A DNA stretch of 64,000 bases, taken from contig CADCHI010000007.1 of assembly GCA_902801165.1 (NCBI GenBank), positions 17,302 to 81,301 of the forward strand, read 5' to 3'. The notes under the pieces are model-generated. The model worked only from the letters and a program-made list of their open reading frames with translations. It had not been told where the DNA came from and ran no database searches. The position numbers and the translations under genes are program-made. This stretch comes from an uncultured Eubacteriales bacterium (GTDB lineage Bacteria; Bacillota; Clostridia; Christensenellales; Aristaeellaceae). Below are positions 61,983-64,000 of the stretch, one piece after another (positions within the stretch are counted from its first letter, which is position 1; each line of letters begins with the position of its first letter).

Positions 61983-63596
61983 TTATTCGGCAGTGTAGCC
62001 GTAGTACTGCTCCAGCTTCGCGGCGCGCTCGTCGATGATCTCCTGGCCGCCGTTGGTCAGGTAGTCATCCATGCCCTGATCGTACACGGCGTCGAAGTCG
62101 TCCACGGAAGCGGTGACGGCCTTGTTCAGCAGGCTGTCGCGGAACTCGGGCAGGCGGGTGCCGTACTCCTGCTCGGCCTCGATGGCGCCGCAGTGATAGG
62201 TGGTCACGATGCGGCCGTCGGCCTTGGCAGCGGCGTTGGCAGTGACGATCAGCTCGGGAGAGACCTTCTCATAGCCCATAGCGGTGGTCACGGCAGTGGC
62301 ATCGCCCAGGTACAGGCCGTTCACGGTGATGGTGTAGTCGATGTTGTTCAGGCTGTTCTGCAGATAGTCGCCGGTGGTGGCGATCTTCTCATAGCCGCCC
62401 TCGATCACGTTGTAGGTCTCGCCCTCCTTGCCCAGCTGCAGGAACGCGATGGTCTCGGGATCGGAGATGAAGTCCAGGTACAGCAGGGACGCGAGAGGCT
62501 CCTCGTTGGTGGCCGGGAAGAACACCTTGCGGTCGATGGAGGGAGCCAGGAACTTGCGATGCAGGCCCGCCTCGTTCACGAAGGTATCCACCGCGACGTA
62601 GCAGGCATCCTCGCCCACGTTGCGCTGCAGGTTGGCCTGGATGGAATCCTCGCCGCCGCGATAGGGGTAGTCCCAGTTGTGCTGGAAGGCGCCGACAAAG
62701 CCGGCCTTCATCATGTCGTCCTCGTGGGTGGAGTCAGAGGCATACTCGGCGAAGTCCTTCCAGACCAGGCCCTCGTTGTACCACTTGTTCAGCACGCGGA
62801 CGCCTTCCTTGTAGTTGGGATACAGCAGGTGGCGATCGTCGAAGCCGTTGATGTACAGGTCCTCGTCCTTGGCGTCTTCCGGCACATAGGCCATGAACAG
62901 CAGGTCGTTGCGCCAGCCGATGTCATAGCTGGTGCTGTAGGGGACCATCTTGGAGGCGTCGTCGCCCAGCAGGGTCTCGGCGTTGTCGCGGAAGGCCACC
63001 AGGCAGTTGTAGAACTCTTCCTCGGTGGTGGGCAGCTCCATGCCCAGCTTGTCCAGCCAGTCCTTGCGGATGAAGGTGTTGATGCGGGCGTTGTCGGCCA
63101 GGGTCGCCTCGATGGCCCACAGATCGCCGGAGTCGGGATCCTGGTCCCAGAAGATGTTGGTGTCGCCCAGCAGGTTCCACAGGTTGGGCAGGACGTCCTT
63201 GTACTCCTCGAGGGCCTTGCCACCGATCTCATTCAGGTTTATGATGCCGCCCATGTCGGCATAGGACTGAATGGTGGGATAGGAGTAGGTCACGCACACG
63301 TCGGGGGCATCGCCAGCCGCCAGCGCGGTGTTCATGTCGTCGACCTCGGTCCAACGGCCGATGGAGACGAACTCCACCTCGACGTTGTACTTCTCGAGCA
63401 TGCCGGCCTTGATGTAGTCGGTATACACGTTGTTGGTCGGATCGGTGCCGCCGTCGTTGTTGCGGTTGTAGATCTCAACGGTGATGTGGCGGGTCTCGGC
63501 AAACTTGCCGTCCACGAGCTCCTCAGCGGACGCGGAGAAGGTGCACACGGAAAGCAGCATGGCCAGCGCCAGCACAAGGGTCAAAAGCTTCTTCAT
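61983..63596 (-). CDS. ABC transporter extracellular solute-binding protein (large, LipO/family 1 type)
   Basis: Signal peptide MKKLLTLVLALAMLLSVCTFSASA. About 537 aa. Very strong RBS AAGGAGG. Confidence 0.85.
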   Translation of the reverse strand: MKKLLTLVLALAMLLSVCTFSASAEELVDGKFAETRHITVEIYNRNNDGGTDPTNNVYTDYIKAGMLEKYNVEVEFVSIGRWTEVDDMNTALAAGDAPDVCVTYSYPTIQSYADMGGIINLNEIGGKALEEYKDVLPNLWNLLGDTNIFWDQDPDSGDLWAIEATLADNARINTFIRKDWLDKLGMELPTTEEEFYNCLVAFRDNAETLLGDDASKMVPYSTSYDIGWRNDLLFMAYVPEDAKDEDLYINGFDDRHLLYPNYKEGVRVLNKWYNEGLVWKDFAEYASDSTHEDDMMKAGFVGAFQHNWDYPYRGGEDSIQANLQRNVGEDACYVAVDTFVNEAGLHRKFLAPSIDRKVFFPATNEEPLASLLYLDFISDPETIAFLQLGKEGETYNVIEGGYEKIATTGDYLQNSLNNIDYTITVNGLYLGDATAVTTAMGYEKVSPELIVTANAAAKADGRIVTTYHCGAIEAEQEYGTRLPEFRDSLLNKAVTASVDDFDAVYDQGMDDYLTNGGQEIIDERAAKLEQYYGYTAE

Positions 63597-63647
63597 GTCT
63601 ATGTCCTCCTTACTATATTATGGGCACCCGGCCCAGGGAAACAAGTT

Positions 63648-63689
63648 AATTGAGAATTGGGAATTGAGAATTGGGAATTGAAAATTGGT
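63648..63689. repeat. Heptanucleotide tandem repeat AATTGRR x6
   Basis: AATTGAG AATTGGG AATTGAG AATTGGG AATTGAA AATTGGT, in the permease-SBP intergenic region. Confidence 0.9.
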
Positions 63690-63733
63690 TTCCACAGCAT
63701 TCTCTGATTCCTCATTCCTAATTGCATTCGCGC

Positions 63734-64000
63734 TTAGCCCTTCACCGCGCCCAGGGTGACGCCGGTGACGAAGTAGCGCTGCAGCCAGGGATAGATCAGC
63801 AGGATCGGCACGGTGGCGAACATGACGGTCGCCATCTTCAGGGTCTCGCCCAGGCCGGGAGAGGAGAAGCCCTCCTGCGTGGCCACCTCCACGTTGGTGG
63901 TGTTCTGCAGGATGTTGTACAGCAGCAGCTGGATGGGATACAGGTCCTCCCGCTTCTTCAGGTACAGCAGAGCGTCGGAGAAGCCGTTCCAGCGGCCCAC
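63734..64000 (-). CDS. Carbohydrate ABC transporter permease, C-terminal part (5' end outside the window)
   Basis: ...WNGFSDALLYL...IQLLLYNIL...ATVMFATVPILLIYPWLQRYFVTGVTLGAVKG, a typical MalG/YtcP-type C-terminus. Confidence 0.8.
   Translation of the reverse strand: MGRWNGFSDALLYLKKREDLYPIQLLLYNILQNTTNVEVATQEGFSSPGLGETLKMATVMFATVPILLIYPWLQRYFVTGVTLGAVKG

Noticed and set aside
1-64000. tRNA, rRNA, tmRNA, RNase P and transposase/integrase genes
   Set aside because: I saw no cloverleaf-type conserved T-loop (GGTTCGAATCC) context, no rRNA-like conserved blocks and no DDE or tyrosine/serine recombinase motifs in any frame.

Overview
High-GC chromosomal segment (well above 60% GC by eye) from an endospore-forming Firmicute: spo0A and spoIIP are both present, and the gene content looks like Clostridia of the Oscillospiraceae/Ruminococcaceae type. 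I support about 53 protein-coding genes. I found no rRNA, tRNA, CRISPR array, transposase or integrase. Most long ORFs in the supplied track are antisense or out-of-frame artefacts of the high GC content, and several real genes carry spurious N-terminal extensions that I trimmed to the Met with a Shine-Dalgarno sequence. In order along the window: (1) an extracytoplasmic flavinylation module, made of a multi-FMN_bind flavoprotein reductase that is split by a frameshift, two NusG-II proteins, a Gx transporter and ApbE; (2) a cysteine locus, made of cysE, an Rrf2 regulator and cysK preceded by a Cys-codon leader ORF plus terminator; (3) hsp20 with a CtsR-like operator; (4) a YpsA/DUF1273 gene with a near-perfect LexA box in its promoter; (5) MFS and MATE transporters; (6) DUF1614-spoIIP; (7) a CDP-alditol/TagF/LicD glycopolymer operon next to spo0A; (8) a gene of about 2560 codons resembling a GT84-GH94 cyclic beta-1,2-glucan synthase; (9) rsmD and alr; (10) an SGNH-DUF4358-MBOAT-DHHW O-acylation cluster; (11) a GH67/GH2 sugar-utilisation operon with an embedded nitroreductase. 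Three families of non-coding palindromic or terminal-inverted-repeat (TIR) elements sit in intergenic sites. The most novel-looking signal is a candidate ribosome-mediated cysteine attenuator upstream of cysK, a leader ORF with three consecutive TGT codons. All functional calls come from motif recognition by eye. No database searches were run.
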